From assembly GCA_019752125.1 (NCBI GenBank), contig JAIEMM010000012.1, positions 3,437 to 67,436 on the forward strand: a DNA stretch of 64,000 nt. Reading direction: 5' to 3'. The translations under genes and the position numbers were made by a program. The notes under the pieces are model-generated. The model did not search any database, was not told where the DNA came from, and saw nothing but the letters and a program-made list of their open reading frames with translations. Numbering within the stretch: the first letter of the stretch is position 1; every line of letters starts with the position of its first letter. Of this stretch, positions 10,038-20,378 are shown in pieces. This stretch comes from Patescibacteria group bacterium. Lineage in GTDB: Bacteria > Patescibacteriota > Minisyncoccia > Phycocordibacterales > SBAW01.

Positions 10038-12191
10038 ATGGCTGACACTAGAGACTACCCATTGGAGAAGGTTCGTAACTTCGGAATCATCGCGCACATC
10101 GATGCAGGCAAGACCACCACGTCTGAACGCATTTTGTATTACACCGGCTCACAGCACAAAATCGGCGAAGTGCACGATGGCGGAACCACCACCGACTGGA
10201 TGGAACAGGAAAAGGAGCGCGGTATCACTATCACTGCCGCTGCCATCACTTGTTTCTGGAGCCGCACCGACGAAGCAGATAAAAAAGATATCTCTAAGAA
10301 GTATCGCTTCAACATCATCGACACTCCTGGCCACATCGACTTTACCGTAGAAGTGAAGCGCTCAATGCGCGTACTCGACGGCGCAGTTTGCGTTTTCGAC
10401 GGCGTTGCCGGCGTAGAACCTCAGTCTGAAACAAACTGGCGCTATGCCGATGAAGCTAACGTGCCTCGCGTATGTTTTATCAACAAGCTCGACCGCATGG
10501 GCGCATCGTTTGAAAAATCGTACCAGTCTATTCTCGACCGCCTCACTAAGAATGCAGTTCGCATGCAGCTCCCAATTGGCGCAGAAGAAGCGCTTGCCGG
10601 CGTTGTCGACCTTCTTTCTATGAAGGCTTACAAGAACGAAGGAGCTATGGGAGACAATGTTGTCGAGATGGAAATCCCTGCAGCAATGATGGACGATGTT
10701 AAGAAATATCGCGCGGAGCTCATCGAAAAGATCGTTGAAAACGATGACCAGATGATGACCGACTACCTCGATGGCAAAGAGCCAACACTTGAAGCACTCA
10801 AGGCAACTCTCCGCAAAGCCGTTATCGCAAATAAAATTTTCCCGGTATATACCGGTTCAGCATTGAAGAACAAAGGCGTACAGCTTGTGCTCGACGCAGT
10901 TGTAGACTACTTGCCATCTCCTTTGGACATGCCGCCAGTTACAGGCACAGACCCTCGCACAGGTGAGCCAACAACTCGCACTGCGTCAGACTCTGAACCA
11001 TTCTGCGCACTCGCATTTAAACTCCAGGCAGACCCATTCGTCGGCCAGCTTACATTCTTCCGCGTGTATTCCGGTTCTATTGAAGCAGGTTCATATATCT
11101 ACAACTCAACAACGGGTTCAAAAGAACGCCTCGGCCGCATTGTGCGCCTCCAGGCAAACCAGCGCGAAGAAGTGAAGAAAGTGTATGCAGGTGAAATTGC
11201 AGCAGCAGTAGGTTTGAAGGACACAAAAACTTCTCACACGCTCTGCGATGAAGCAAATCCAATTGTCCTCGAACAAATTAAATTCCCTGAACCAGTTATC
11301 TCGCTCCGCATTGAACCTAAGACAAAAGCTGACCAGGAAAAAATGGGTATGGCTATGAAGAAGCTCGCAGACGAAGACCCAACCTTCCGCGTCTCGACTG
11401 ATACAGAAACAATGGAAACATTGATCTCAGGCATGGGTGAACTCCACTTGGAAATTTTGGTCGACCGCATGAAGCGCGAGTTCGGCGTTGAAGCAAACGT
11501 TGGTACGCCACAAGTTGCATACCGCGAAACAATTCTCCAGGAAGCAGAAGCAGAAGGTAAGTACGTCAAACAAACGGGAGGTAAGGGTCAGTACGGTCAC
11601 GTCCGTTTGCGCCTCAAACCGCTTGAACCGCTTGATCCTGAAAAGAAAATCGCAAAGAACATCACTCGCGAAGACCACTTCGAATTTATCAACAGCATTA
11701 AGGGAGGTGTTATTCCACAAGAATTCATCGGCCCAGTTGAAAAGGGTATCCGTGAAGCAATGGAGCGCGGTATCGTTGCCGGCTACAAGATGGTTGATAT
11801 CTCTGCAGAACTCTACGACGGTTCGTACCACGATGTGGACTCATCAGAAATTGCCTTCAAAATTGCAGCATCGATGGGCTTCCAGGATGCAGCTAAGGCA
11901 GCAAAGGCAGTATTGCTCGAGCCTATTATGAAAGTCGAAGTCGTTGTCCCAGAAAAATTCATGGGTGACGTTACTGGCTCTCTTTCAAGTAAGCGCGGTT
12001 CTATCGAAGGCATGGAAGAACGCGGTCTCGCACGCGCAGTTAAAGCAAAGGTGCCGCTTGCAGAAATGTTCAGCTACACCAGCGCACTCCGCTCTATGAC
12101 AGAAGGTCGCGGTTCGTTCACGATGGAATTCGACCACTACGAAGTCGTTCCGCCAAACGTTGCCGCTGAAATCATCGCCGCAAGAAAATAA
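10038..12191 (+). CDS. fusA: elongation factor G
   Basis: [32 protein letters not shown]. Confidence 0.99.
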   Translation: MADTRDYPLEKVRNFGIIAHIDAGKTTTSERILYYTGSQHKIGEVHDGGTTTDWMEQEKERGITITAAAITCFWSRTDEADKKDISKKYRFNIIDTPGHIDFTVEVKRSMRVLDGAVCVFDGVAGVEPQSETNWRYADEANVPRVCFINKLDRMGASFEKSYQSILDRLTKNAVRMQLPIGAEEALAGVVDLLSMKAYKNEGAMGDNVVEMEIPAAMMDDVKKYRAELIEKIVENDDQMMTDYLDGKEPTLEALKATLRKAVIANKIFPVYTGSALKNKGVQLVLDAVVDYLPSPLDMPPVTGTDPRTGEPTTRTASDSEPFCALAFKLQADPFVGQLTFFRVYSGSIEAGSYIYNSTTGSKERLGRIVRLQANQREEVKKVYAGEIAAAVGLKDTKTSHTLCDEANPIVLEQIKFPEPVISLRIEPKTKADQEKMGMAMKKLADEDPTFRVSTDTETMETLISGMGELHLEILVDRMKREFGVEANVGTPQVAYRETILQEAEAEGKYVKQTGGKGQYGHVRLRLKPLEPLDPEKKIAKNITREDHFEFINSIKGGVIPQEFIGPVEKGIREAMERGIVAGYKMVDISAELYDGSYHDVDSSEIAFKIAASMGFQDAAKAAKAVLLEPIMKVEVVVPEKFMGDVTGSLSSKRGSIEGMEERGLARAVKAKVPLAEMFSYTSALRSMTEGRGSFTMEFDHYEVVPPNVAAEIIAARK

Positions 12192-12311
12192 TTATCCCCA
12201 CACACTCGCTTGTGCGAGTAGTGAAGGAGACATAGAATCATGAGTAACAGGGCATCCCGGAAACGGGACGCCCTTTCTCGTATTTATTTCCTTAATTTTA
12301 TAAAAAGTTCT

Positions 12312-13922
12312 ATGACCATTCATCGTTTGTCGCGAATATTTGCACTCGGCAATTTTGCCCTCGCTGCTGGAGTGCTGTTGGCTATGGTGATTGTCTTGCA
12401 ATCGCCCGAGACATCGTTCGCGCAGACGACAGGTACGACTGCACAAAAATCTGGTTGTGTAGCGCCTTCGTTCTATTCTTTTAATGTGCCTCCCGCTGTC
12501 CTTAACTCTCCTTGGACCTTGCCGCTGCTTTCAACGTTAGATGGAACATATGCCCCAACAGTAACTGCCACGGGCTTGGCTCCAGGCATTGAACTTCAAG
12601 ATCAAAAATCCACTATTGCTGCAGGTGGCGCCTCTCTACACATTTGGGTGCTCACTGGCACGCCGTCCCAACTAGGGACATATACAATCACCGTTACGGC
12701 TCAAAATAGCTGTGGAGGATCCTCAGCCGTCGTTACGCTCCCAGTGAATAATTCAACAGCGGCGACAGGCAGCGCGTGTCCTTCTGGTACGACAGGCACA
12801 TATCCAAACTGTGCAACAGTCCCTACAAACACAGCGTTCGATAAGACGTCTCTAGTAACTTCTACCTCAAGTCCGACAATAACCGGCACGTCAAACACCG
12901 CCAAAGTTAGTTTGGAAGTAAAGAATACTGTAGGGAATGTATATACGAGTCCGCTTGTGTCAGTGTTGAACGGGCGCTGGGCTATTCCTCTTACAAATAT
13001 TTCCACAGGCACATACTCTCTTTCTCTCTACGGAGAAAACAATTTGTTACTGATTCTCGGGACGTTAATAGCCGCAATTCCTTCTACCTCTGGTTCGGTG
13101 CCACAAATTACGTCGCCGGTGTCATCTACGGCTGCCCCCTCTGTAACCGCTTGCGCGGATTTACCTACCGCAACCATGCAGATAGGAGGGCGGGGGACTG
13201 GTGTAACAAACCTCCAAAACTTCTTGATACAAAAAGGATTGCTTCCTGAAGGTTCGGCAACTGGTTATTTTGGCCCGCTGACACGTGCGGCAGTACAGCA
13301 ATTCCAATCCAGTGCAGGCATTGTCTCGTCGGGTGATGAGAAGACAACCGGCTTTGGTTTAGTTGGCGCACGAACTCGCTCCTTGATTGCATGTCAGGGG
13401 ACTGCTCCTACAAATAGCGCACAGCAACCTACACAACGCATAAGTTGCCCATTAGTTCCACAGCCTGTCTGTGGGGTGGGGGGCACTCTTATTCCTCTTG
13501 GGTTTGATAACAATGGATGTTCGCTTGGAAAGGTGTGCCAGATGCCCGTAGGTCAAACTCAAAACATATCGTGTCCAGTCGTAAAAAACCCTTCATGTCA
13601 GTATGGGACGCTCATATCACTCGGAACTGACTATGATGGATGCTCGCTAGGTTCTTACTGCCAGCCGGCTCAATGTAGCTACATACAACAGATTACGTCT
13701 TGCCCTGCAGGACAAACTCTCGTGTCTGGGACCGACCAGTACGGTTGCCCAAACGTTTCATATTGTTCCGGCGGCTCTTCAGCTACATCCAGCGTCCCTG
13801 TCCCGGGAACCACGTGCCTCCAATCTGCGTACCAAGTGGCCAATTGCCCAGCGGGATATCATTCATCGTCCATAAACGACCTTAACGGTTGCCCTATGGC
13901 ACCTTTGTGCGTTCCAAACTAG
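12312..13922 (+). CDS. secreted surface protein: Ig-like, peptidoglycan-binding and Cys-rich repeat domains
   Basis: Signal peptide; LTGTPSQLGTYTITVTA (Ig-like); VTNLQNFL..TGYFGPLTRAAVQQFQ (PG-binding); four C-terminal 4-Cys repeats. Confidence 0.8.
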   Translation: MTIHRLSRIFALGNFALAAGVLLAMVIVLQSPETSFAQTTGTTAQKSGCVAPSFYSFNVPPAVLNSPWTLPLLSTLDGTYAPTVTATGLAPGIELQDQKSTIAAGGASLHIWVLTGTPSQLGTYTITVTAQNSCGGSSAVVTLPVNNSTAATGSACPSGTTGTYPNCATVPTNTAFDKTSLVTSTSSPTITGTSNTAKVSLEVKNTVGNVYTSPLVSVLNGRWAIPLTNISTGTYSLSLYGENNLLLILGTLIAAIPSTSGSVPQITSPVSSTAAPSVTACADLPTATMQIGGRGTGVTNLQNFLIQKGLLPEGSATGYFGPLTRAAVQQFQSSAGIVSSGDEKTTGFGLVGARTRSLIACQGTAPTNSAQQPTQRISCPLVPQPVCGVGGTLIPLGFDNNGCSLGKVCQMPVGQTQNISCPVVKNPSCQYGTLISLGTDYDGCSLGSYCQPAQCSYIQQITSCPAGQTLVSGTDQYGCPNVSYCSGGSSATSSVPVPGTTCLQSAYQVANCPAGYHSSSINDLNGCPMAPLCVPN

Positions 13923-14032
13923 CCCCGCCAGTTGCGTTTTTGTAGTGCTTTGCTACTATGGCTCTAACACGTACAAAAGCCGTGTTTGGCTGTGCTTAAT
14001 TATTGTGTAATTAGTATTTAACCCATTTTTGT

Positions 14033-15226
14033 ATGGCAACATTTGACAGACAAAAGCCGCACATGAACGTCGGCACCATTGGTCACGTCGACCACGGAAA
14101 AACAACGCTCACTGCGTCTATCCTCCACACCCTCGACATGCTCAAGGCAGAGGGCTACAGCTCTCGCGTTGAAGGAGTTGACGGTATCGACAACGCTCCT
14201 GAAGAAAAGGCGCGCGGTATTACTATCGCTCTCCACCACTCGGAATATGAGTCGCCAAAGCGCCACTATGCGCACATCGACGCTCCGGGCCACGCAGACT
14301 ACATTAAGAACATGATCACCGGTGCCGCTCAAATGGACGGCGCAGTGCTCGTAGTTGCTGCAACTGACGGCGTTATGCCCCAGACTCGTGAACACATCCT
14401 TCTTGCAAAGCAGGTTGGTGTGCCTAAGATCATCTGCTTCCTCAACAAAGTAGACATGGTTGATGACAAGGATCTCGTAGACCTCGTCGAAGAAGAAGTC
14501 AAAGAAGCTCTTGCAAAACAAGGCTACGCTGACGCTCCAGTTATCAAGGGTTCAGGTCTCAAGGCTCTTGAAAGCACTGACGTAAGCAGCGAATGGTCTC
14601 AGAAGGTTAAAGACCTTATCGACACCATGGACAGCTACTTCCCAGACCCAGTCCGCGAAACTGACAAGCCATTCCTTATGCCTATCGAAGACATCTTCTC
14701 TATTGAAGGTCGCGGTACGGTAGTTACAGGCCGCATTGAACGCGGTTCAGTCAAAGTAGGTGAAGAAATCGAAATCATCGGTCTCGTTCCAACTACTAAG
14801 ACCACTGTCACTGGTATCGAAATGTTCAACAAACAGCTCGAATCTGGTATGGCAGGCGACAACGCAGGTATCTTGCTCCGCGGTACAAAGAAGGAAGACA
14901 TCCACCGTGGTCAGGTTCTTGCAAAGTCAGGCTCAGTAACTCCTCACACAGACTTTGAAGCAGAAATTTACGTCCTTACAAAGGATGAAGGTGGTCGTCA
15001 CACACCATTCTTCACCGGCTACAAGCCTCAGTTCTACGTTCGTACTACGGACGTAACTGGCGAAGTAACCCTTCCTGCAGGCGTAGAAATGGTTATGCCA
15101 GGCGACACGGTTACCTTTAAGGTAAAACTTACAGCACCAGTTGCGCTTGAAGAGAAGACTCGTTTCGCAGTCCGCGAAGGCGGTAAGACCGTCGGCGCAG
15201 GTGTCGTTACAAAGATCGTTGCGTAA
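14033..15226 (+). CDS. tuf: elongation factor Tu
   Basis: [36 protein letters not shown]. Confidence 0.99.
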   Translation: MATFDRQKPHMNVGTIGHVDHGKTTLTASILHTLDMLKAEGYSSRVEGVDGIDNAPEEKARGITIALHHSEYESPKRHYAHIDAPGHADYIKNMITGAAQMDGAVLVVAATDGVMPQTREHILLAKQVGVPKIICFLNKVDMVDDKDLVDLVEEEVKEALAKQGYADAPVIKGSGLKALESTDVSSEWSQKVKDLIDTMDSYFPDPVRETDKPFLMPIEDIFSIEGRGTVVTGRIERGSVKVGEEIEIIGLVPTTKTTVTGIEMFNKQLESGMAGDNAGILLRGTKKEDIHRGQVLAKSGSVTPHTDFEAEIYVLTKDEGGRHTPFFTGYKPQFYVRTTDVTGEVTLPAGVEMVMPGDTVTFKVKLTAPVALEEKTRFAVREGGKTVGAGVVTKIVA

Positions 15227-15262
15227 TCACTTATTGGAGTAAGCTAATCAAGGTATAGGTTA

Positions 15263-15290
15263 CCCCTCTCCGCCAGCTGGCGGAGAGGGG
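15263..15290. repeat. perfect 28-bp palindrome between tuf and rpsJ
   Basis: CCCCTCTCCGCCAG/CTGGCGGAGAGGGG; core CGCCAGCTGGCG also occurs inside recG. Confidence 0.8.
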
Positions 15291-15309
15291 AGAACTAGAC
15301 CAAACAACT

Positions 15310-15681
15310 ATGGCTACCGAAGAAATAAAAAAAGCACCAGCCAAGCGTGCAAAGAAGACTGCAGCTCCGGCCGCAGTCCAGAAGCTCCGCATTAAAGTGC
15401 GCGCATACGAGCACAAAGTGCTTGATGCGTCAGTTCGCCAGATTATGGACACCGCACTTCGCTACGATGCGAAGATCGCAGGCCCAATACCTCTGCCAAC
15501 TGAGATCAAAAAGTACACCGTCAACCGCTCAACCTTCGTCTACAAAGACGCACGCGAACAGTTCGAGATGCGTATCCACAAGCGCGTGATCGACATCCTT
15601 GAACCAAACGCAAAGGTTATCGAAGCTCTCACCAATCTCTCACTCCCATCTGGCGTGACGATCGAGGTGAAGATGGTCTAA
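15310..15681 (+). CDS. rpsJ: 30S ribosomal protein S10
   Basis: LRIKVRAYEH, GPIPLPT, REQFEMRIHKR. Confidence 0.98.
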   Translation: MATEEIKKAPAKRAKKTAAPAAVQKLRIKVRAYEHKVLDASVRQIMDTALRYDAKIAGPIPLPTEIKKYTVNRSTFVYKDAREQFEMRIHKRVIDILEPNAKVIEALTNLSLPSGVTIEVKMV

Positions 15682-15702
15682 TCAACAATCAAGTCGAAAA
15701 GA

Positions 15703-15738
15703 AAAAAAGAACTCCTCCACTCCGGGGGAGTTCTTTTT
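15703..15738 (+). terminator. intrinsic terminator after rpsJ
   Basis: AAAAAAGAACTCCTCC-ACTCC-GGGGGAGTTCTTTTT. Confidence 0.75.
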
Positions 15739-15907
15739 ATTTATCCACTTGAAGTAATAATTTTTTCTTATATACTTAGAAAAAGTTGCTCATTGGTTAG
15801 TTTGTTCGCGATCGCACTTGTTTTGAAACGATTTCTGCCTGATATCATGAATCGGGTTTTTTGTTTGGAGCGTTTTGTAGGAGACTACGCCCCGAGCAAA
15901 GAAATTC

Positions 15908-15947
15908 TACGAAAAACCTCTCTACGGCCGTAGAGAGGTTTTTCGTA
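15908..15947. repeat. perfect 40-bp palindrome upstream of rplC
   Basis: TACGAAAAACCTCTCTACGG/CCGTAGAGAGGTTTTTCGTA. Confidence 0.85.
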
Positions 15948-16053
15948 CCTGTATTTGCATAAAATAGCGACCCCGTGTATAGTCTTGTGGACTCTTACAT
16001 AAGGAGTTGATCCATGTCCCGGGCACCGGCGCCCAGAGGGACCACTAGACAAC

Positions 16054-16677
16054 ATGAAGTTTATACTCGGAACAAAGCAACACATGGTTACCGTCTTTGA
16101 TGAAGGCGGTATTGCGCATGCGGCAACTATCATCGTTGCTCAGCCTGCGGTTATAACCCAGCTCAAAACTAAGGAAAAAGAAGGCTATAACGCCGTTCAG
16201 ATTGGTTCAGGCGAGGTTAAAGAAGGCCGTGCTAACAAGGCACAGGTTGGCCACGCTAAGGGCAAGTCACTCAAGAACTTTAAAGAAATTCGCCAGCGCG
16301 ACGGCAAGCTCCCAGAGGGTGTCGAAGTTGGTGGAACTATCGACGTGACTGTATTTACAGCAGGCGAGAAGGTGCAGGTATCTGCAATCTCAAAGGCAAA
16401 GGGTTTCCAGGGTGTTATCAAACGCCATGGCTTCCACGGTGGCCCTCGTTCTCACGGTCAGAAGCACTCTGAACGCGCACCAGGTTCTATCGGCGGTTCA
16501 GGCGGTCGCGCAGGCGGTCGTGTGGCCAAGGGTATGCGCATGGCAGGCCGCATGGGTGGCGACCGTGTTACAGTTCGAAATCTCGCAATCTTGCAGGTAC
16601 ACCCTGAAACAAACGAAATCGTCATCGCAGGTGCCGTCCCAGGCCGCCGCGGTACGCTCGTAGAAATTCGCGGCTAA
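16054..16677 (+). CDS. rplC: 50S ribosomal protein L3
   Basis: GYNAVQIG, SKAKGFQGVIKRHGF, MAGRMG. Confidence 0.98.
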   Translation: MKFILGTKQHMVTVFDEGGIAHAATIIVAQPAVITQLKTKEKEGYNAVQIGSGEVKEGRANKAQVGHAKGKSLKNFKEIRQRDGKLPEGVEVGGTIDVTVFTAGEKVQVSAISKAKGFQGVIKRHGFHGGPRSHGQKHSERAPGSIGGSGGRAGGRVAKGMRMAGRMGGDRVTVRNLAILQVHPETNEIVIAGAVPGRRGTLVEIRG

Positions 16678-16686
16678 TACAATTTT

Positions 16687-17355
16687 ATGGAAGCACCACT
16701 TTACAACATCAAAGGCGAAAAGAAGGGAACAGTCACGATCCCTGAAAACATTTTCGGTTTGCCATTTAATGCAGACCTTCTTCACAGTGTCGTAACTGCG
16801 ATGCAGGCAAATGCCCGCACACCGGTTGCGCACGTAAAGACTCGCGGTGAAGTTCGTGGCGGCGGTAAGAAGCCATGGCAGCAGAAGGGAACTGGCCGCG
16901 CACGTCACGGTTCATCTCGTTCTCCAATTTGGCGCGGCGGCGGTGTTACTCACGGCCCACGCAATGAAAAGAGCTACGCTCAGAAGATCAACCGCCAAGC
17001 TCGCCAGAAGGCATTGCTTGTAGCACTCTCACGCAAGTGGAAAGATGGTGAAATTATCTTTGTCGATAATCTTGAAATGGCAGCACCTAGAACTGCTGAA
17101 GCAAAGAACATCATTGCAAACCTCGGCAAGGCAGGGCTTGTTATGAAGAAGAAGTACAACGGTGCACTCATTGCACTTCCTGAACGCCACACCGCAACAG
17201 TAAAAAGCTTTGCAAACATTGGTAACGTCAACGTCGAAGAAGTTCGCACGCTCAACCCAGTCAACGTACTTTCGAGCAAATACCTCATCATCGCAAACCC
17301 TGAAGCCGCATTTGTAACCCTCGGCAGCAAGCGTGTCGTAAAGAAAGACAAATAG
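16687..17355 (+). CDS. rplD: 50S ribosomal protein L4
   Basis: KTRGEVRGGGKKPWQQKGTGRARHGS. Confidence 0.98.
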   Translation: MEAPLYNIKGEKKGTVTIPENIFGLPFNADLLHSVVTAMQANARTPVAHVKTRGEVRGGGKKPWQQKGTGRARHGSSRSPIWRGGGVTHGPRNEKSYAQKINRQARQKALLVALSRKWKDGEIIFVDNLEMAAPRTAEAKNIIANLGKAGLVMKKKYNGALIALPERHTATVKSFANIGNVNVEEVRTLNPVNVLSSKYLIIANPEAAFVTLGSKRVVKKDK

Positions 17356-17356
17356 T

Positions 17357-17644
17357 ATGAAAAAGCACCCTGGACACATAATCATCTCTCCGCGCATCAC
17401 TGAAAAAGGCGCATACATGAGCGAAAGCGGCGTCTACGTCTTTAACGTTGCAAACACTGCAAATAAGAAGGAAATCGCAGAGGCTATCACCGAGCTTTTT
17501 AAAGTAACTCCACGTTCAGTTCGCGTTGCGCACATCCCACGCAAGCAGGTTATGACACGCAACACGAACCGCAAGGGTATGACTGCAGGCGGCAAGAAGG
17601 CCTATGTCTACCTTAAGAAGGGAGATAAGATCGAGATCGTGTAA
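17357..17644 (+). CDS. rplW: 50S ribosomal protein L23
   Basis: PRITEK, YVFNV...ANKKEI, KKAYVYL. Confidence 0.96.
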   Translation: MKKHPGHIIISPRITEKGAYMSESGVYVFNVANTANKKEIAEAITELFKVTPRSVRVAHIPRKQVMTRNTNRKGMTAGGKKAYVYLKKGDKIEIV

Positions 17645-17660
17645 TTTCTAAGACACCATT

Positions 17661-18509
17661 ATGAAATCCTATAAACCATACACAAAATCGCGTCGCCACA
17701 TGACTGGCATCAACTTCCGTGAGAAGTTGTCGGGCCACGCGCCATTTAAGGCTCTTACCACGGGAGGTAAGCGTTCAGTTGGTCGCAACAATGCGGGCCG
17801 CATCAGCGTTCGCCACAAAGGAGGTGGGCACAAGCGCCTCTACCGCGAAGTGGATTTCACATACAAAAAATTGGTTCCTGCGGTTATTGAAACTATCGAA
17901 TACGATCCAAACCGCTCAGGCTTTATCGGCCTCGCACTCTACAAAGATGGTGAGCGCCGCTACATGCTTTTGCCAGGTAGTGCAAAGGTGGGGGACACGA
18001 TCCAGACTGGTGAAAACGTTCCTGCACTCCCGGGTAACCGCATGCCTCTTAAGGATATGCCTATCGGTGCCTTTGTATACAATGTAGAAATTAAGCCAGG
18101 TAACGGTGGCAAACTTGGCCGCTCAGCAGGTACTCATATCGAACTTATCGCTCGTGACCAAGGCTACGCAGACTTGAAGATGCCTTCTTCAGAAGTCCGC
18201 AAAGTTCTCGACACGTGTTACGCAACTCTTGGTGAAGTGTCTAACGATGAACACCACTTGGTTGTTGTTGGTAAGGCGGGCCGTTCGCGCTGGATGGGTA
18301 TTCGCCCAACAGTCCGCGGTACTGCGATGAACCCAGTAGACCACCCACACGGCGGCGGTGAAGGCCGTCAGGGTCGCGGTCTCCGCCGCGCAAAGTCTGC
18401 GTGGGGTAAACCAACCGGTAAGGGTCAGAAGACTCGTACTCCGAAGAAGTACTCAAACTACCTCATCGTTTCTCGCCGAAAGGTTGGTAAGAGAGGCAGC
18501 GCACAGTAA
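17661..18509 (+). CDS. rplB: 50S ribosomal protein L2
   Basis: GRNNAGRI, IEYDPNRS, RPTVRGTAMNPVDHPHGGGEG. Confidence 0.99.
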   Translation: MKSYKPYTKSRRHMTGINFREKLSGHAPFKALTTGGKRSVGRNNAGRISVRHKGGGHKRLYREVDFTYKKLVPAVIETIEYDPNRSGFIGLALYKDGERRYMLLPGSAKVGDTIQTGENVPALPGNRMPLKDMPIGAFVYNVEIKPGNGGKLGRSAGTHIELIARDQGYADLKMPSSEVRKVLDTCYATLGEVSNDEHHLVVVGKAGRSRWMGIRPTVRGTAMNPVDHPHGGGEGRQGRGLRRAKSAWGKPTGKGQKTRTPKKYSNYLIVSRRKVGKRGSAQ

Positions 18510-18530
18510 AACCAAACTCAATAAAAAAAT

Positions 18531-18563
18531 AAAAACTCTCGCCTCACGGCGGGAGTTTTGTTT
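18531..18563 (+). terminator. intrinsic terminator after rplB
   Basis: AAAACTCTCGCC-TCAC-GGCGGGAGTTTTG. Confidence 0.8.
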
Positions 18564-18594
18564 CTTGCTCTTTGGAGAAAATATCCTATAGTAA

Positions 18595-18820
18595 CGCCTA
18601 GATAGTTCGGGGCCACACTCTACGCTAATGCTGGGATGCCTAGAATTGAAGGTATATGGAGGCCCCACCGTCCTTCGTGTTCCTTGTCCTTCGGCCAGCC
18701 GGGACCAGGGTGCCCGTAATCGCTATGCAGACAGACTCTTGGAACGGTATGTGTGTTGGAAATAGCGAACCCAGATTTTTCAGTTTTGCCTGCCTAGTCC
18801 TTTAGGCAGGTTTTTCTTTT
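18595..18820 (+). ncRNA. candidate structured non-coding RNA
   Basis: No convincing ORF; paired segments GGGGCC/GGCCCC, CTGGG/CCCAG, CGCTAT/ATAGCG; ends in CCTGCCTA..TAGGCAGG-TTTTTCTTTT. Confidence 0.35.
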
Positions 18821-18824
18821 GTAA

Positions 18825-18851
18825 AAAAGAAATCCCCGCTGCAGGGCGGGG
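18825..18851 (-). repeat. 27-bp terminator repeat, copy 1
   Basis: AAAAGAAATCCCCGCTGCAGGGCGGGG identical to 19261-19287. Confidence 0.9.
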
Positions 18852-18853
18852 GT

Positions 18854-19198
18854 TTAATAGTCGTAGGAGGCGAGCTTGTCGAGGAATTTCATCAGATCGG
18901 AAACATATTCCTTGCCTAATGGAATGCTCGCAGATTCCGTCTCCTCTTTCATGGGATCTTCGTAGCACAGCTTCAGCGACTGGCCGTCGATGTAGACCTT
19001 CAGGTAAATCAGTGTGCTTGGTTTCCCCGGACTATCTTCATCCAGGAATCCAACCTGCACAGCTTCGACCTCGAGGTCGGGGTACAGAGGATGGGAGATC
19101 ATAGAGCACCAAATTCCCAAACCCTTTTTATAGCTAAGCCGTTGTTGCGTTTTTCGGTGGATATCTCCGAAAACGGCTTCAGCAACTTCATACGCCAT
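18854..19198 (-). CDS. hypothetical protein (cassette)
   Basis: 114-aa ORF with SD GGGAG, upstream TAGAAT, downstream terminator repeat. Confidence 0.7.
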   Translation of the reverse strand: MAYEVAEAVFGDIHRKTQQRLSYKKGLGIWCSMISHPLYPDLEVEAVQVGFLDEDSPGKPSTLIYLKVYIDGQSLKLCYEDPMKEETESASIPLGKEYVSDLMKFLDKLASYDY

Positions 19199-19260
19199 AG
19201 AGCAATCTCCCGCGTTATGATTGCCATCTATTCTAGATATAAAAAGTTGTCACTGCAAGT

Positions 19261-19287
19261 AAAAGAAATCCCCGCTGCAGGGCGGGG
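19261..19287 (-). repeat. 27-bp terminator repeat, copy 2
   Basis: Identical to 18825-18851. Confidence 0.9.
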
Positions 19288-19296
19288 AAGGGTGTT

Positions 19297-19500
19297 TCAG
19301 GACAGCTCTTGAAGCTGTCTCTTCATGTGGCCACGCAGGTCAGCCTCGAGAGCCTGGGAAGTTGCGGTAACCCAGCACTCGACAAACTCGGCCTCTGTCT
19401 GTTCGCTGAACGGCTTGTACAGGCCGGCGCCCTTGTCGAGACCTTCAAGGTCTTGTGATACGGTCGCCTTTGAAATTGCAACTTCAGGTGCGTCAGTCAT
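19297..19500 (-). CDS. small hypothetical protein (cassette)
   Basis: SD AAGGAGG before ATG 19500, TATACT upstream, terminator repeat downstream. Confidence 0.6.
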   Translation of the reverse strand: MTDAPEVAISKATVSQDLEGLDKGAGLYKPFSEQTEAEFVECWVTATSQALEADLRGHMKRQLQELS

Positions 19501-19560
19501 CGGTCCTGCCCTCCTTCTAGGCTCTAGTATAGCGCACAGCACACCTGCCGGTAGACAGGT

Positions 19561-19660
19561 TTGACTCATAAGAGCCTACCTGCTAGTATCTCTGTACTTC
19601 CGTGCCGCAAGGTCTAGCCGCTCTTTGGCTACGACGGGCAGGGAATTTAATTTTGGAAAG
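19561..19660 (+). promoter_or_regulatory. internal promoter and structured leader of the rpsS segment
   Basis: TTGACT-17-TAGTAT; leader hairpin TTCC-GTGCC...TAGCC/GGCTA...GGGCA-GGGAA. Confidence 0.6.
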
Positions 19661-20011
19661 ATGGCTCGATCACTTAAAAAAGGACCATACGTAGACGAAA
19701 AGCTCCTCAAGAAGATTGAGGGTAAGAAACCGCAGACAGCTGAGGTTATTAAGACGTGGGCACGCCGCAGCCAGATCGCACCAGAAATGGTGGGGTTCAA
19801 ATTCGGCGTTCACAACGGTAAAACACACATAGAGGTGCTTATTTCAGAAGACATGGTGGGTCATCGCTTGGGTGAATTTGCTCTTACGAAGAAATTCGTT
19901 CGCCACGGCGGTAAGATGCAGAAAGAAATGGAACAGAAGGCGAAAGAGTCTGAAATCGCTTCTGCACAGGCCGCAAAAGCAGCTACCGACACTAAGGATA
20001 AGAAGAAATAA
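19661..20011 (+). CDS. rpsS: 30S ribosomal protein S19
   Basis: [32 protein letters not shown]. Confidence 0.98.
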   Translation: MARSLKKGPYVDEKLLKKIEGKKPQTAEVIKTWARRSQIAPEMVGFKFGVHNGKTHIEVLISEDMVGHRLGEFALTKKFVRHGGKMQKEMEQKAKESEIASAQAAKAATDTKDKKK

Positions 20012-20014
20012 TAT

Positions 20015-20377
20015 ATGGCAGGCGCAACCGCAAAACTTAAGAATTACCGCCAGTCGCCCCGCAAGGTGCGCTTGGTTGCTGATTTGGTTCGCGGCAAGCG
20101 CGTAGTCCAGGCTCTCGCAGAACTTTCCATGCTCCCTAAGCGTGCGTCTGAGCCAATGCAAAAGCTTATCAAGTCTGCTATGGCAAATGCAGGGGAGGGC
20201 GCAAGCGACCTCGTCATTTCGAAAATCGAAGTTAACGGAGGTATTGTCTTCAAGCGTTTTATGCCACGCGCCCGCGGCAAGGCATCGCCTATCCGCAAGA
20301 AGACAAGCATTGTTACACTCACCGTGACCCCAATGCCAAAGAAGCCAAAGCAAAAGAAGGCAGAAACCACAAAATAA
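20015..20377 (+). CDS. rplV: 50S ribosomal protein L22
   Basis: RQSPRKVRLVADLVRGK, RFMPRARG. Confidence 0.98.
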   Translation: MAGATAKLKNYRQSPRKVRLVADLVRGKRVVQALAELSMLPKRASEPMQKLIKSAMANAGEGASDLVISKIEVNGGIVFKRFMPRARGKASPIRKKTSIVTLTVTPMPKKPKQKKAETTK

Positions 20378-20378
20378 T

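Noticed and set aside
8325-14521. Long antisense ORFs opposite glmM, fusA and tuf (similar ones occur opposite ftsH, recG and the beta-propeller gene)
   Set aside because: Shadow frames of well-supported genes with no recognisable motifs.
12192-15749. oriC from DnaA-box-like TTATCCCCA / TTATCCACT
   Set aside because: These are isolated single boxes with no cluster and no dnaA nearby.
18595-18820. RNase P RNA, SRP RNA or self-splicing intron
   Set aside because: I found no GAGGAAAGTCC, no SRP domain IV motif and no group I/II core motifs on either strand.
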